From: Atribacterota bacterium | GTDB taxonomy: Bacteria > Atribacterota > Phoenicimicrobiia > Phoenicimicrobiales > Phoenicimicrobiaceae | Assembly: GCA_038203565.1 (NCBI GenBank) | Contig: JBBRDV010000011.1 | Span: forward strand, 1 to 31,238 | Length of the DNA: 31,238 nucleotides | Direction of reading: 5' to 3' | Part shown: positions 19,859 to 28,850 of the stretch, piece by piece | Position numbering within the stretch: position 1 is the first letter of the stretch | Layout of the letters: each line of letters begins with the position of its first letter | Position numbers and translations under genes: made by a program | The notes under the pieces: model-generated | Database searches by the model: none | Seen by the model: the letters and a program-made list of their open reading frames with translations, nothing else | Told to the model about the DNA's origin: nothing

Positions 19859-20617
19859 TTATAATAAACTTAAAATGTCTCTTTCGATTTCATTGAATTC
19901 TGCAGAGGTAATAATCTCCCGGTCTCGGGGTTTAGGAAGGGTGACGATGATTTCTTTTTTTATTTTGGCTGGTCGATTAGACAAAACATAGATCCGATCT
20001 GACAGGAAGATGGCTTCTTCGATATCATGAGTAATAAATAAGATGGATACTTTTAACTGGCCTAAAATCTCCAAAAGCCAATTCTGCATTTTAAATCTAG
20101 TGATGGCATCAAGCCCTCCAAAGGGCTCATCTAAAAGAATAATATCTTTAGAGCTCATATAAGTCCTCATGAGGGCAGCTCTCTGCTGCATTCCCCCGGA
20201 GAGCTGATGGGGATATTTAGATTCAAAACCTTCCAGACCAAATAATTTAAAATACTTTCCTACCCGTTGGCGGGAATCTTTTTTGCTATAACCTCTTATC
20301 CTTAAGGGCAAAGCAGCATTATCAATGATCTTCTTCCAGGGCAGCAAAAGGTCTTTCTGGAACATGTAGCTTACTTTGCCCGTTTCTCCGGTAGAGTCTT
20401 TTCCCTCGATAAATACCTGTCCGATGTCAATTCTTACCAAACCTGAGATCATGTTAAAGATGGTACTTTTACCGCAACCACTGGGTCCGATCAGGGTAAC
20501 AAATTCATTTTCTCTCAATTTTAAAGAAATATCGTCTATAATAGGCATATTTTCATAATTTTGTTTAAAATGAATAATTTCTAATTTTATTTTATTGTTT
20601 TTCGGGTAAGTATTCAT
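19859..20617 (-). CDS. ABC transporter ATPase (ThiZ-like)
   Basis: [27 protein letters not shown]. Confidence 0.92.
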   Translation of the reverse strand: MNTYPKNNKIKLEIIHFKQNYENMPIIDDISLKLRENEFVTLIGPSGCGKSTIFNMISGLVRIDIGQVFIEGKDSTGETGKVSYMFQKDLLLPWKKIIDNAALPLRIRGYSKKDSRQRVGKYFKLFGLEGFESKYPHQLSGGMQQRAALMRTYMSSKDIILLDEPFGGLDAITRFKMQNWLLEILGQLKVSILFITHDIEEAIFLSDRIYVLSNRPAKIKKEIIVTLPKPRDREIITSAEFNEIERDILSLL

Positions 20618-21599
20618 TAGTAAATGCTGCCTTTACCTCTAATTCCTGTTCCAATAATTTTCTCTCATACATCCAGTTAGCATAATTTTCCCAAACTTCT
20701 TCTTTCATCTCTCCCCATCTGGCTGCATCGGCCTGAAATTGAGAAGATAAATATTTCTGACTGGCAATGGCTATTTCTCTATCGATCTCAGGTGCATTCT
20801 TTAATAATGCTTCTGCTGCTTCCTGGGGATTTTCAATACATAATTCATAGCCCAGGGTGGTTGCTTTTAGAAAACTTTTAACTAATTCAGGCTCATTATG
20901 CAACAAATCTTCACTGGCAATAAGGACCGGAGTGTAAAAGTCAAGACTAGGGTCATAGTCTTGAAGCAGGATAAAATTGATCGGAAAGTTTTTTAATTGA
21001 GCGGCCACCCCATCCCAACCAAAATATATCCAGGTATAATCCACATGTTCCCTGACACTGGTAAAAAAATCAATAGCTCCGATATTGATAATTTCGGTTT
21101 TACTGAAATCTCCTCCGTCATTCTGCATCAATGCCTGGATCATTGCAGTCTCCATAGGCGAACCCCAGCCTCCGTATTTCTTTCCTTCAAAATCTTTAGG
21201 ACTTTTGATATCTTTCTCAACCGGAGAAGCGAATCCGGAAGTATTATGCTGGATAATGGCAGCAATGGCCTTAATCGGCAAAGGCTCTTTGGTGGTCCTG
21301 GCATAGGTCACCTGTTCCTGATAGCTAACCCCAAATTCACCCTGGCCGGCAGCAATCAAAGCTGCACTGCCTCCTTCGGAAGGTTGAATAATATCAACGG
21401 AAAACCCTTGCTCTGCATAATACCCATTTTCTTTGGCTACATATAAACCGGTATGATTGGTGTTAGGTATCCAGTCAAGCAAAACGGTAATTTTCTTAAG
21501 TGTTTTCTCAGTTTCACTACCCTCTGCAAAAATATTTGCCGATAAGTAGATCAACAAAAATAGACTTAACATTAAAATTAAAAAAATTTTTTTAAACAT
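20592..21599 (-). CDS. NMT1/THI5-family ABC substrate-binding protein (ThiY-like)
   Basis: Signal peptide, LDWIPNTNHTGLYVA, SYQEQV, GKKYGGWG, DFYTPV. Confidence 0.88.
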   Translation of the reverse strand: MFKKIFLILMLSLFLLIYLSANIFAEGSETEKTLKKITVLLDWIPNTNHTGLYVAKENGYYAEQGFSVDIIQPSEGGSAALIAAGQGEFGVSYQEQVTYARTTKEPLPIKAIAAIIQHNTSGFASPVEKDIKSPKDFEGKKYGGWGSPMETAMIQALMQNDGGDFSKTEIINIGAIDFFTSVREHVDYTWIYFGWDGVAAQLKNFPINFILLQDYDPSLDFYTPVLIASEDLLHNEPELVKSFLKATTLGYELCIENPQEAAEALLKNAPEIDREIAIASQKYLSSQFQADAARWGEMKEEVWENYANWMYERKLLEQELEVKAAFTNEYLPEKQ

Positions 21600-21625
21600 T
21601 TTTTCCTCCATTTTTTAAAATCCTT

Positions 21626-22390
21626 TTATTTATTTTCCCTCGTCCAAGGCATTACCAGATACTGGATCAGCTCCAGACTTTTAAAAAGCAGCAGACTCAA
21701 TAAAATAATAATGATAATAACCGAAAATACTTTATCCAGGGCAAAAGACTGTCTTACCCTGGTCATATATACCCCTAAACCATCTTTCCCTCCCATCCAT
21801 TCTCCTATCACAGCCCCCATAATGCTGTAAGTTGCAGCAATTTTTAGTCCAGAAAAAAAATTACCCAGGGAAGCAGGAAATTTAGCAAATCTAAATATTT
21901 GAAAATAATTAGCGTTCATTAATTTAAATAAATTAAGCATATCCCTATCGATCGATCCCAATCCTTCCAATAAATTGACTACTATAGGGAAAAAGCAGAC
22001 CAGGATGACCACGATGATCTTGGGAAGCTGACCAAATCCAAACCACATCACCAGCAAAGGCACCAATACAATAATAGGAATGGTTTGGGAGACAATGAAC
22101 AGAGGATAAAAAGCCCTTCTAAGTAAATTAAAACTATCCATTAAAACCGCCAGGATAACGGCCAGGATTATAGCAATAAAAAACCCCACAAGGGCTTCTT
22201 CCAAAGTGGTAAAGATATGAGTCTTTAAATCCGGAAGTATCCTGAAAGTAGTGATAATGATATCAGAAGGAGAGGGCAAGATATATCGGGCTATCATTCC
22301 TCTGTCTACTATGTATTGCCAAAGTAAGATAATGATGCTAAAAAATGCAACTGGGATTAAACTACTTCCTATATTTTTTAACCTTTTCAT
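21626..22390 (-). CDS. ABC transporter permease (ThiX-like)
   Basis: ILPSPS, SQTIP, WFGFG, GAVIGEW.G...GLG. Confidence 0.9.
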   Translation of the reverse strand: MKRLKNIGSSLIPVAFFSIIILLWQYIVDRGMIARYILPSPSDIIITTFRILPDLKTHIFTTLEEALVGFFIAIILAVILAVLMDSFNLLRRAFYPLFIVSQTIPIIVLVPLLVMWFGFGQLPKIIVVILVCFFPIVVNLLEGLGSIDRDMLNLFKLMNANYFQIFRFAKFPASLGNFFSGLKIAATYSIMGAVIGEWMGGKDGLGVYMTRVRQSFALDKVFSVIIIIILLSLLLFKSLELIQYLVMPWTRENK

Positions 22391-22652
22391 CGATGGTAAC
22401 ACCTTCCGGTTTATAATCAATTTTCACGATAGATACTATTCTCGGAACTCCTTCTTTTACGCATATTTGTTGAGATTCCTTTATAATTGCCATTAATTGG
22501 TCCCAATCACCTTCCATAGTAGTCTCAAAAGCACCTACTTCATATTTTACTCCGCTTTCGGCGATGAATTTTATAACCTTATCCACCATTTTATAGATTC
22601 TTTCTTCTTTTATTACAGGCAAAATTTGAAAACTTACCGTTATATTAGGCAT
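22362..22652 (-). CDS. Thiamine-binding protein (MTH1187/DUF77 family)
   Basis: SFQILP, VDKVI..I..SG..YEVG.FETTMEG, KID; first gene after the TPP riboswitch. Confidence 0.88.
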   Translation of the reverse strand: MPNITVSFQILPVIKEERIYKMVDKVIKFIAESGVKYEVGAFETTMEGDWDQLMAIIKESQQICVKEGVPRIVSIVKIDYKPEGVTIDEKVKKYRK

Positions 22653-22684
22653 TTTCTTCCTCCTTTAAATCAATTCTAATTAAT

Positions 22685-22720
22685 AAATAAAAAACCACTA
22701 CCCTGAACAGATAATGGCTT
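22685..22720 (-). terminator. Expression-platform terminator of the TPP riboswitch
   Basis: Minus strand AAGCCATTATC-loop-GGTAGTGGTT followed by TTTTATTT. Confidence 0.7.
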
Positions 22721-22742
22721 TATGAATTACCGTAAAATAATT

Positions 22743-22835
22743 TTGCTTTCCTACGCTAGAATTACCTAGATCAGGTTCAAGGGTCAAAGCAAAAAGGCTT
22801 GCTTTCTCTCAGCAAAAGAGCTCCCCTAGAAATAC
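22743..22835 (-). ncRNA. TPP riboswitch
   Basis: Minus strand TAGGGGAGC..GCTGAGA..GACCCTTGAACCTGATCTAGGTAATTCTAGCGTAGGAA matches the THI-box consensus; upstream of thiamine genes. Confidence 0.95.
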
Positions 22836-22855
22836 ATATTCAATTTTATGTGTTT

Positions 22856-22884
22856 ACTATAACAAATAAATCTTTTTTTGTAAA
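22856..22884 (-). promoter_or_regulatory. Promoter of the TPP operon
   Basis: TTTACA, 17-nt spacer, TGn-TATAGT (extended -10) just upstream of the riboswitch. Confidence 0.6.
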
Positions 22885-22916
22885 GTAAATGTTTGAGTCC
22901 AATAGATAGAACAAAG

Positions 22917-23601
22917 AACAGGGGACGATTCTTTGTTTTAAGCTTTAAAAACATGATTTACAGTAAATCCTGTCAATCTGGACAACTGTCTTAATGAGCT
23001 TCCATCCAGTTCCTTAAGACATTTTAAATCCTCAGTTTGGGTTTTCGATGTCTCATTGTGAAGTGTGGATAATTCTACTATATGATATTTATTTGACACT
23101 AACCGCCTTATCTCATTTATCGGATAGGGCTTTCCTTTTTTTAGGTAGTCAAGACATTGATCGTTATTCAATTCATTATTAAATCTTTCAATAGCTTTAT
23201 CCCTTATCTTTGTCGAATATTTTAAGCGTAAAATTAACAGTGACCCTCTTTGGTTTGGTGGCGTACTCCTGGTAACTACGATACATAACTCGTTCCTATT
23301 CTCTTCATGATATTTGAAAGTGTTTCTTTTCCTTCCTTTATTAATAAGTGGATATGATTACCCATTAAGCAATAGGCATATATTTCATATTCAACCTTTT
23401 TGCGGTATTTTTTAAGATATCCCCATGAATTTTTCATAATCTTCATCATCTGCAAAGAGGTTCTGTTGATTGATGCCTCTTATCATGATACGGTAGATTT
23501 TGCTCGTGCTTTTTATTCTGGCTACTCTCGGCATAGAAACCACCCCAGTGATAGTCTATAATAACAGTGGGATTTTGTCAAACAGAGAACCGTCCCCTGT
23601 T
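22917..23601 (-). mobile_element. Second RAYT-like Y1/HUH element with 22-bp terminal inverted repeats; transposase (22938-23534) decayed
   Basis: AACAGGGGACGATTCTTTGTTT vs AAACAGAGAACCGTCCCCTGTT (20/22); hand translation MPRVARIKS..IMIRGINQQ / YAYCLMGNHIHLL; frameshift near 23422 and an internal deletion near 23280 removing the G.LFQ.RF / YIH.NP region. Confidence 0.85.
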
Positions 23602-23735
23602 TTATGGCTTTAGCTGACGGGAAAAAGACGATTACCCAAAAACACCAGTTATTCGGAGACCGACAATTTATCCGTATAAGGGCCTGCCGCCGTGTTCTGA
23701 ATATGCTCCGATTACATCTTTTTTATTTCTTTTGT

Positions 23736-23796
23736 TAGTGCACTTTTGAAATGTAAATCATCAAGAAAATAGTGCACTTTTGATTTGTAAATGACA
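23736..23796 (-). mobile_element. IS21-family-type terminal repeat (solo end)
   Basis: Two TAGTGCACTTTTGAxxTGTAAAT boxes ending ...GACA. Confidence 0.6.
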
Positions 23797-23811
23797 GACT
23801 CAAGCAGACAC

Positions 23812-23839
23812 TTGACAGTTTTGGAAAGAATGATATAAT
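23812..23839 (+). promoter_or_regulatory. Consensus sigma70 promoter upstream of dodecin
   Basis: TTGACA, 16-nt spacer, TGa-TATAAT. Confidence 0.75.
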
Positions 23840-23939
23840 TAAATAAGATTTTGGAAAAACAAAACGATGATTAGATAAGATTTTTTATCTAGAGTCAGCT
23901 ACTTTATTTTATTAAATTTATAAATTAAAGGAGGCACCA

Positions 23940-24146
23940 ATGTCTATTTCAAAAATAATTGAAATTAAATCTTCTTCTACAATCAGCTTCGATGATGCCA
24001 TGAAAAAAGGAATTGCTCGCGCTATGAAAACTCTAACCAATGTTAAAGGTGCATGGATCGGAAATCAGGAAGTTCTACTCGATGAAAAAGGGGAAATTAC
24101 CGAATATCGAATTCAAATGAGGATAACTTTTATTATTGAAGAATAA
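23940..24146 (+). CDS. Dodecin family flavin-binding protein
   Basis: KIIEI.SSS..SFDDA...GI.RA.KTL.NV.GAW...EYR..M.ITF; RBS AAGGAGG. Confidence 0.9.
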   Translation: MSISKIIEIKSSSTISFDDAMKKGIARAMKTLTNVKGAWIGNQEVLLDEKGEITEYRIQMRITFIIEE

Positions 24147-24289
24147 TTTACTCATTGACCCTGACCCTGATACCTCTATAGCTTATTGCGAGGATTAAAG
24201 CGGCGGCTAACCGCAATACTCAAAGCCTTCGCTAAAATAATAGCACTATTGCTATAAAAAACAGCATCGGCAAAGGAGAATAGAAAAAA

Positions 24290-24610
24290 ATGGCTAAAAT
24301 CAAGGTAACCCGTAAATCTTATGTACGCAAAGACGGCACCGTGGTAAAGGGCACCTCCTACTACACCCAAGATAAGGGGAAACCCGGCAAAACGCCGGAA
24401 AGTAAAAAGTGGTACCAGCATAAAGTGGAAATGAACTGGCACAAAGATGAACCAGCTAAAGTAAGACGAGCCAACGCGCTGAAAGCGCACAAAGGTGATG
24501 AGTTAGCTACCGCCAGAGCTTTGCAGGCATTATCCAACGTAACTGCGGACCCGGAGACTAGCAAACTGGCCAAGACTGATGCTGATTACTTCTTCAGCGA
24601 ATATCAGTAG
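24290..24610 (+). CDS. Basic hypothetical protein, 106 aa
   Basis: Open frame with AAGGAG upstream; Lys/Arg-rich N-terminus RKSYVRKDGT. Confidence 0.75.
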   Translation: MAKIKVTRKSYVRKDGTVVKGTSYYTQDKGKPGKTPESKKWYQHKVEMNWHKDEPAKVRRANALKAHKGDELATARALQALSNVTADPETSKLAKTDADYFFSEYQ

Positions 24611-24710
24611 CTAATACGCAAGTTTTCATTGAACTTCATGGTTCACAGTCCTTTTTCTTTTATAAAGCAAAAAGAAGCTTTTTTTATCACATTAAATGGG
24701 GGTGGAAGAA

Positions 24711-25901
24711 ATGGACCAAATGAATAATTTAAAACTCGGTTTATTTATGATTAGTATATTATCAATCATATTTTTATTGACTACGCATGTCGCTGCTAGT
24801 GGCAACCTACCAGAGTTTAATAACCCGATAGTTGGGGATCCGCCTCAGAAAGTGGAAGATCATTTTATACCTGAACCGGCCGAATATAACATCCAAACCT
24901 GGGTGGAAAACCTTCGTATTCCCTGGGAATTGATTTTTCTTTCCGAAAATAAAGCACTGGTTACCGAACGAGCTGGTCGGATACGGTTAATTGAAAATGG
25001 TATATTACAGGAGAATCCATATAAAGTCATTACTGAGGTTAGATCTATCGGAGAAGGTGGTTTGCTGGGGTTGGCCAAGCACCCTGATTATCCAGACACC
25101 AAATATCTCTATGTCATGTATACTTATCAGGACCAAGGGGCTTTAAACAACCGGGTCGCCCGTTACCGTGACACCGGTACCACCATGGAATTTGACCGGA
25201 TCATTGTAAAAAATATTCCAGCTTCCCGGGTGCATAACGGAGGACGTATTGCCTTTGGGCCGGATGGAATGCTCTACATCTGTACCGGTGATACATGGCA
25301 ATCAGAGATAGCCCAGAATAAAGATATTCTTGGCGGTAAGATACTTCGTTACACTCCCGATGGGGATATTCCGGAGGATAATCCCTTTGCAGGTTCCCCG
25401 GTATATTCGTTGGGACTCCGTAATCCTCAAGGGTTGGCATGGCATCCCCAAACCGGAGCTCTTTTTTCCTCTAGCCACGGACCATCAGGTGAATTTGGCC
25501 TGCAAGGTAAAGATACCATAAATGTAATCAAAAAAGGCGGTAACTACGGCTGGCCTCTGGTACTCGGCGATGCACATGTTGACCCCTACCTTGCTCCGAT
25601 CATCATGTGGCCTCAGGCTACCCCGCCCTCCGGTATGACCTTTTGGAATAATAGATTGTACGTTGCCACTCTGCGCAGTGAGACCCTCCTGCGTATCGAT
25701 ATTGAATCCTCGGGTGTATCATATCAGGTAGTTAATATTGACCGTCTGTTTGCCAACGACATATATGATGGTACTTACGGCCGATTGCGGGATGCAGTGG
25801 TAGGACCGGATAATGCCTTGTATGTATTAACCAATAATTACGACGGACGAGGTACGCCGCAGAAAGGTGATGACAAAATTTTAAGGCTGACCTTAAAATA
25901 A
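24711..25901 (+). CDS. PQQ-dependent sugar dehydrogenase (glucose/sorbosone, YliI-like), exported
   Basis: PW.L.F, VTER.G, GEGGLLGLA.HP, HNGGRIAFGPDG.LY, GLRNPQG, GGNYGWP, GRLRD. Confidence 0.9.
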   Translation: MDQMNNLKLGLFMISILSIIFLLTTHVAASGNLPEFNNPIVGDPPQKVEDHFIPEPAEYNIQTWVENLRIPWELIFLSENKALVTERAGRIRLIENGILQENPYKVITEVRSIGEGGLLGLAKHPDYPDTKYLYVMYTYQDQGALNNRVARYRDTGTTMEFDRIIVKNIPASRVHNGGRIAFGPDGMLYICTGDTWQSEIAQNKDILGGKILRYTPDGDIPEDNPFAGSPVYSLGLRNPQGLAWHPQTGALFSSSHGPSGEFGLQGKDTINVIKKGGNYGWPLVLGDAHVDPYLAPIIMWPQATPPSGMTFWNNRLYVATLRSETLLRIDIESSGVSYQVVNIDRLFANDIYDGTYGRLRDAVVGPDNALYVLTNNYDGRGTPQKGDDKILRLTLK

Positions 25902-26047
25902 AATGGCTTAACCTTATAAATTGAATCATCCTTAAGCTCTCTTGTACATATCTCCATTAGAGAGACGGGTTCTTGATCCAAAAGACTTCTCACTTTTTTA
26001 AAGATCTTTCCCTGAGTTGAGCCGCCTGAGGTCGCAAAGAAAGCCAT
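25838..26047 (-). pseudogene. Possible C-terminal flavodoxin-like fragment
   Basis: AFFATSGGS motif typical of short flavodoxins; no N-terminal part or RBS. Confidence 0.35.
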
Positions 26048-26294
26048 CGAAAAAACTCAGTTCCATATAATATACACCTTCTGGTCTCCCGAACAATAAA
26101 AAGGACCGTAAGAATCAAATAAGACTTACAAAAATAAAAAGCATCTCAAGGGTAAAGGGAATAAAAATTTTAGTGGAGTAGTTAGATAATTTAAAAAATA
26201 AAGTAGGATATTTTAATTAATCAATCAAAAAACGAAATAAAGTCAATCGTTATGTATCGCAGTGGCCTAAATAACATAAGTGCAATACGGGGTA

Positions 26295-26343
26295 ATTATA
26301 AAGACAGGCTAGTTCCTGAACAGAACTAGCCTGTCTTTATAAT
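26295..26343 (-). terminator. Perfect 21-bp inverted repeat after the rhodanese gene
   Basis: ATTATAAAGACAGGCTAGTTC, 7-nt loop, GAACTAGCCTGTCTTTATAAT. Confidence 0.75.
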
Positions 26344-26362
26344 ATAAATAATTCATATTAAC

Positions 26363-26749
26363 TTATTTCTCTACAGGATAACCTTCCTCTACCCAACCAT
26401 TGTAATTACCTTCCAGCAAGTAGACTTTATCAAATCCGGCATCCACCAGTTTTTGGGCACCGGTAATGGCATTCTGGGTGACCTGGCAGTAGACCAGGTA
26501 AGTTCCGGTGAGATCCAGCATAGTTACAGCCTTATCCAATGCATCCCCCAATGGGTAGTTGACGGTTCTAGGTAAATGACCATTAGCATATGCAGGTGAT
26601 ACATCAATGACAACCACGTCCGGATTTTCCAGAAGCATCTTTAGTGCGTCTTCAGGGACTACATTCGTGTATGCTGCTAAACTTGCAAAACTGAAACCAA
26701 AGATAAACATCGCTAAGATTAACATCCACACATATTTACTTAATTTCAT
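26363..26749 (-). CDS. Secreted single-domain rhodanese-like protein
   Basis: Signal peptide ending SLA-A; VIDV, GHLP, LVYC, LEGNY..W..GYPV; RBS AAGGAGG before ATG 26749. Confidence 0.85.
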   Translation of the reverse strand: MKLSKYVWMLILAMFIFGFSFASLAAYTNVVPEDALKMLLENPDVVVIDVSPAYANGHLPRTVNYPLGDALDKAVTMLDLTGTYLVYCQVTQNAITGAQKLVDAGFDKVYLLEGNYNGWVEEGYPVEK

Positions 26750-27162
26750 TTCAAAATCCTCCTTAATTTTCAAAAATTTTGAATTGGTGGGCTTTCCCTT
26801 CCTAGCTAAGTACTTTCCACTTCCTTGTTTCATTTTTTATCTAATGCTCACCTCCTTTTTTTTATTATAATAAATCAGTATCATAATGTCAAAACTTTTT
26901 TAACTAACTTTTTTAACAAATTGTTTATATTTAATATATTTAGGCCAAAACAGGATCTTTGTTATTCAGCGATTTAGTGCAATATTTCAATACAGGCCGG
27001 GGAGTAAAAGGATAGAATGTCTAAAACAGATGTAGAAAAGTTCTCACCATGATGGCAATGGGTTGGATCGCAGGCCGTTTGGAAAAAAAAATCACTCCCC
27101 TACCATTTTTGCATATCTACTAAGCCAGGGAATGAAATACTTCTATAGTTATATAAACCGGT

Positions 27163-27897
27163 CTAGGTTAAGCGGAATCGTTTTTCCATGCTCATAAAAA
27201 GGCTTTCCACAGTCAGGGCAAGTAGAGATACCGGAATGGCTCCCTTGAGGATCATAATCATATCATCACTTCTAAGCCCATTGACGATCAGGGTACCAAA
27301 ACCACTAAGCCCTACTGCAGCTCCTATGGTTGCTACACTTATGTTTAATATCAGGGATATTCGAATCCCTGCTAAAATAGCGGGAAAAGCAAGTGGTAAT
27401 TCCACTTTAGTAATGATTTGAAGCCTGTTCATACCCATTGACTTTGCAGATTCCCTTACCCCCTCAGATGTCGCATTAAATCCCTCGATGGTGTTCCTTA
27501 ACACAGGCAGGATACCATAAATAAATAAAGCAAAAAGAGCTGGTTTAAAACCGTATCCAAGGAAAGGAACCAAAAGGGCGAGTATAGCAACTGTCGGGAT
27601 GGTCTGCCCGAATGTTGCTACTCCCAATAAAAACCCCTCAAACTCATCCATAAAAGGAAACCTGGTAAGAACAGCAATGGTCACTGCAATGATGACAGAC
27701 AAAAAGCTGGATACAGCCACGATAGAAATATGCACTTTGGCAAGTTCAAAAAGACTTTCTCTGGCTACAAAAAAATTCTTCGGTTTGATAGCCAAAACAA
27801 GAAGCTTCTCAATGATATCAAATTTGAAAATACTGACAAGAAAAAGAATAAATAGCAGGATGGTAACTGTTAAAAAAGGCTTGTTTCTCTTTTTCAT
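27163..27897 (-). CDS. Osmoprotectant ABC permease (YehW/OpuCD-like)
   Basis: [22 protein letters not shown] loop, VELPLA.P.I.AGIR. Confidence 0.9.
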   Translation of the reverse strand: MKKRNKPFLTVTILLFILFLVSIFKFDIIEKLLVLAIKPKNFFVARESLFELAKVHISIVAVSSFLSVIIAVTIAVLTRFPFMDEFEGFLLGVATFGQTIPTVAILALLVPFLGYGFKPALFALFIYGILPVLRNTIEGFNATSEGVRESAKSMGMNRLQIITKVELPLAFPAILAGIRISLILNISVATIGAAVGLSGFGTLIVNGLRSDDMIMILKGAIPVSLLALTVESLFMSMEKRFRLT

Positions 27898-28850
27898 TTT
27901 TTTTCTCCGGTAAAAATTCCCATCAAAATATCCTCAAAAGTAATAAAACCAATCCTCTTTTCTTCTCCATTGGTAACTTCCAAAGATTTAACACCTTTTG
28001 AAATCATGACTGAAAGCGCAGTTGAAACAGTGCTTTTCTTTGTTATTCGAAAAACCTTAGTGGGTTCCTTCCCCTCACTATTCTCTTGGCTCATCACTTC
28101 CTCCACTATAAACCTGGACAAAAGTTTCAGCGCATAGTCTGTTCCCAGAAAATCTTTGATATATTCCTGTTCATCTTCGGCTATAAAATCCGATGGGCTT
28201 CCCAAAGATACAAGTTCTCCCGGCTTCATTACGGCTATTTTATCTGCCAGTCTGATGGCTTCCTCTACATCATGGGTAACAAATAAAACGGTTTTTTTCA
28301 GCTGTTTCTGGATTTTGTCAAACTCTCTTTGAAGCCTCTCCCGATTCTGGGGATCCAGTGAGCCAAAGGGCTCATCCATAAGCAGTATGGGCGGATCAGC
28401 GGCAAGCGCCCTGGCCACACCGACTCTTTGTCCTTCTCCTCCTGAAAGTTCAGAAGGAAGCTTCTTTTTATAATTCCGGTTCAAGCTCACCAGATCAAGA
28501 AGATAGTCAACCCTGTGGTCGATATCGGCTTTATTCCATTTAAGCAGCCGGGGTACCACTGCTATATTTTCATAAACATTATAATGGGGAAAAAGCCCGG
28601 TACTTTGGATGGCATAGCCCATACCTCTTCTAAGATTGGTCAGATTCATTTCTCTGATGTTTTGGTTATTGACAAATATTTCACCTGAGGTAGGCTTGAT
28701 AAGCGTATTAATCAGTTTGATCACCGTTGATTTGCCGCAACCAGACGGTCCGAGTAATACCAAAAGGACTCCTTTGGGGATTTCCAGACTAAAATTCCTT
28801 AAAGCAGTGATATCCTGATATTTTTTGGTTACCTTAACCAGCTTAATCAT
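27894..28850 (-). CDS. Osmoprotectant ABC ATPase (YehX/OpuCA-like)
   Basis: [39 protein letters not shown]-terminal CBS-like segment. Confidence 0.92.
   Translation of the reverse strand: MIKLVKVTKKYQDITALRNFSLEIPKGVLLVLLGPSGCGKSTVIKLINTLIKPTSGEIFVNNQNIREMNLTNLRRGMGYAIQSTGLFPHYNVYENIAVVPRLLKWNKADIDHRVDYLLDLVSLNRNYKKKLPSELSGGEGQRVGVARALAADPPILLMDEPFGSLDPQNRERLQREFDKIQKQLKKTVLFVTHDVEEAIRLADKIAVMKPGELVSLGSPSDFIAEDEQEYIKDFLGTDYALKLLSRFIVEEVMSQENSEGKEPTKVFRITKKSTVSTALSVMISKGVKSLEVTNGEEKRIGFITFEDILMGIFTGEKK

Noticed and set aside
24176..24660. Integron attC-like cassette boundaries around the hypothetical gene
   Set aside because: No convincing RYYYAAC...GTTRRRY pair and no integron integrase in the window.
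26950..27160. Possible gene remnant between the rhodanese gene and the osmoprotectant operon
   Set aside because: Short interrupted frames with nothing recognisable.
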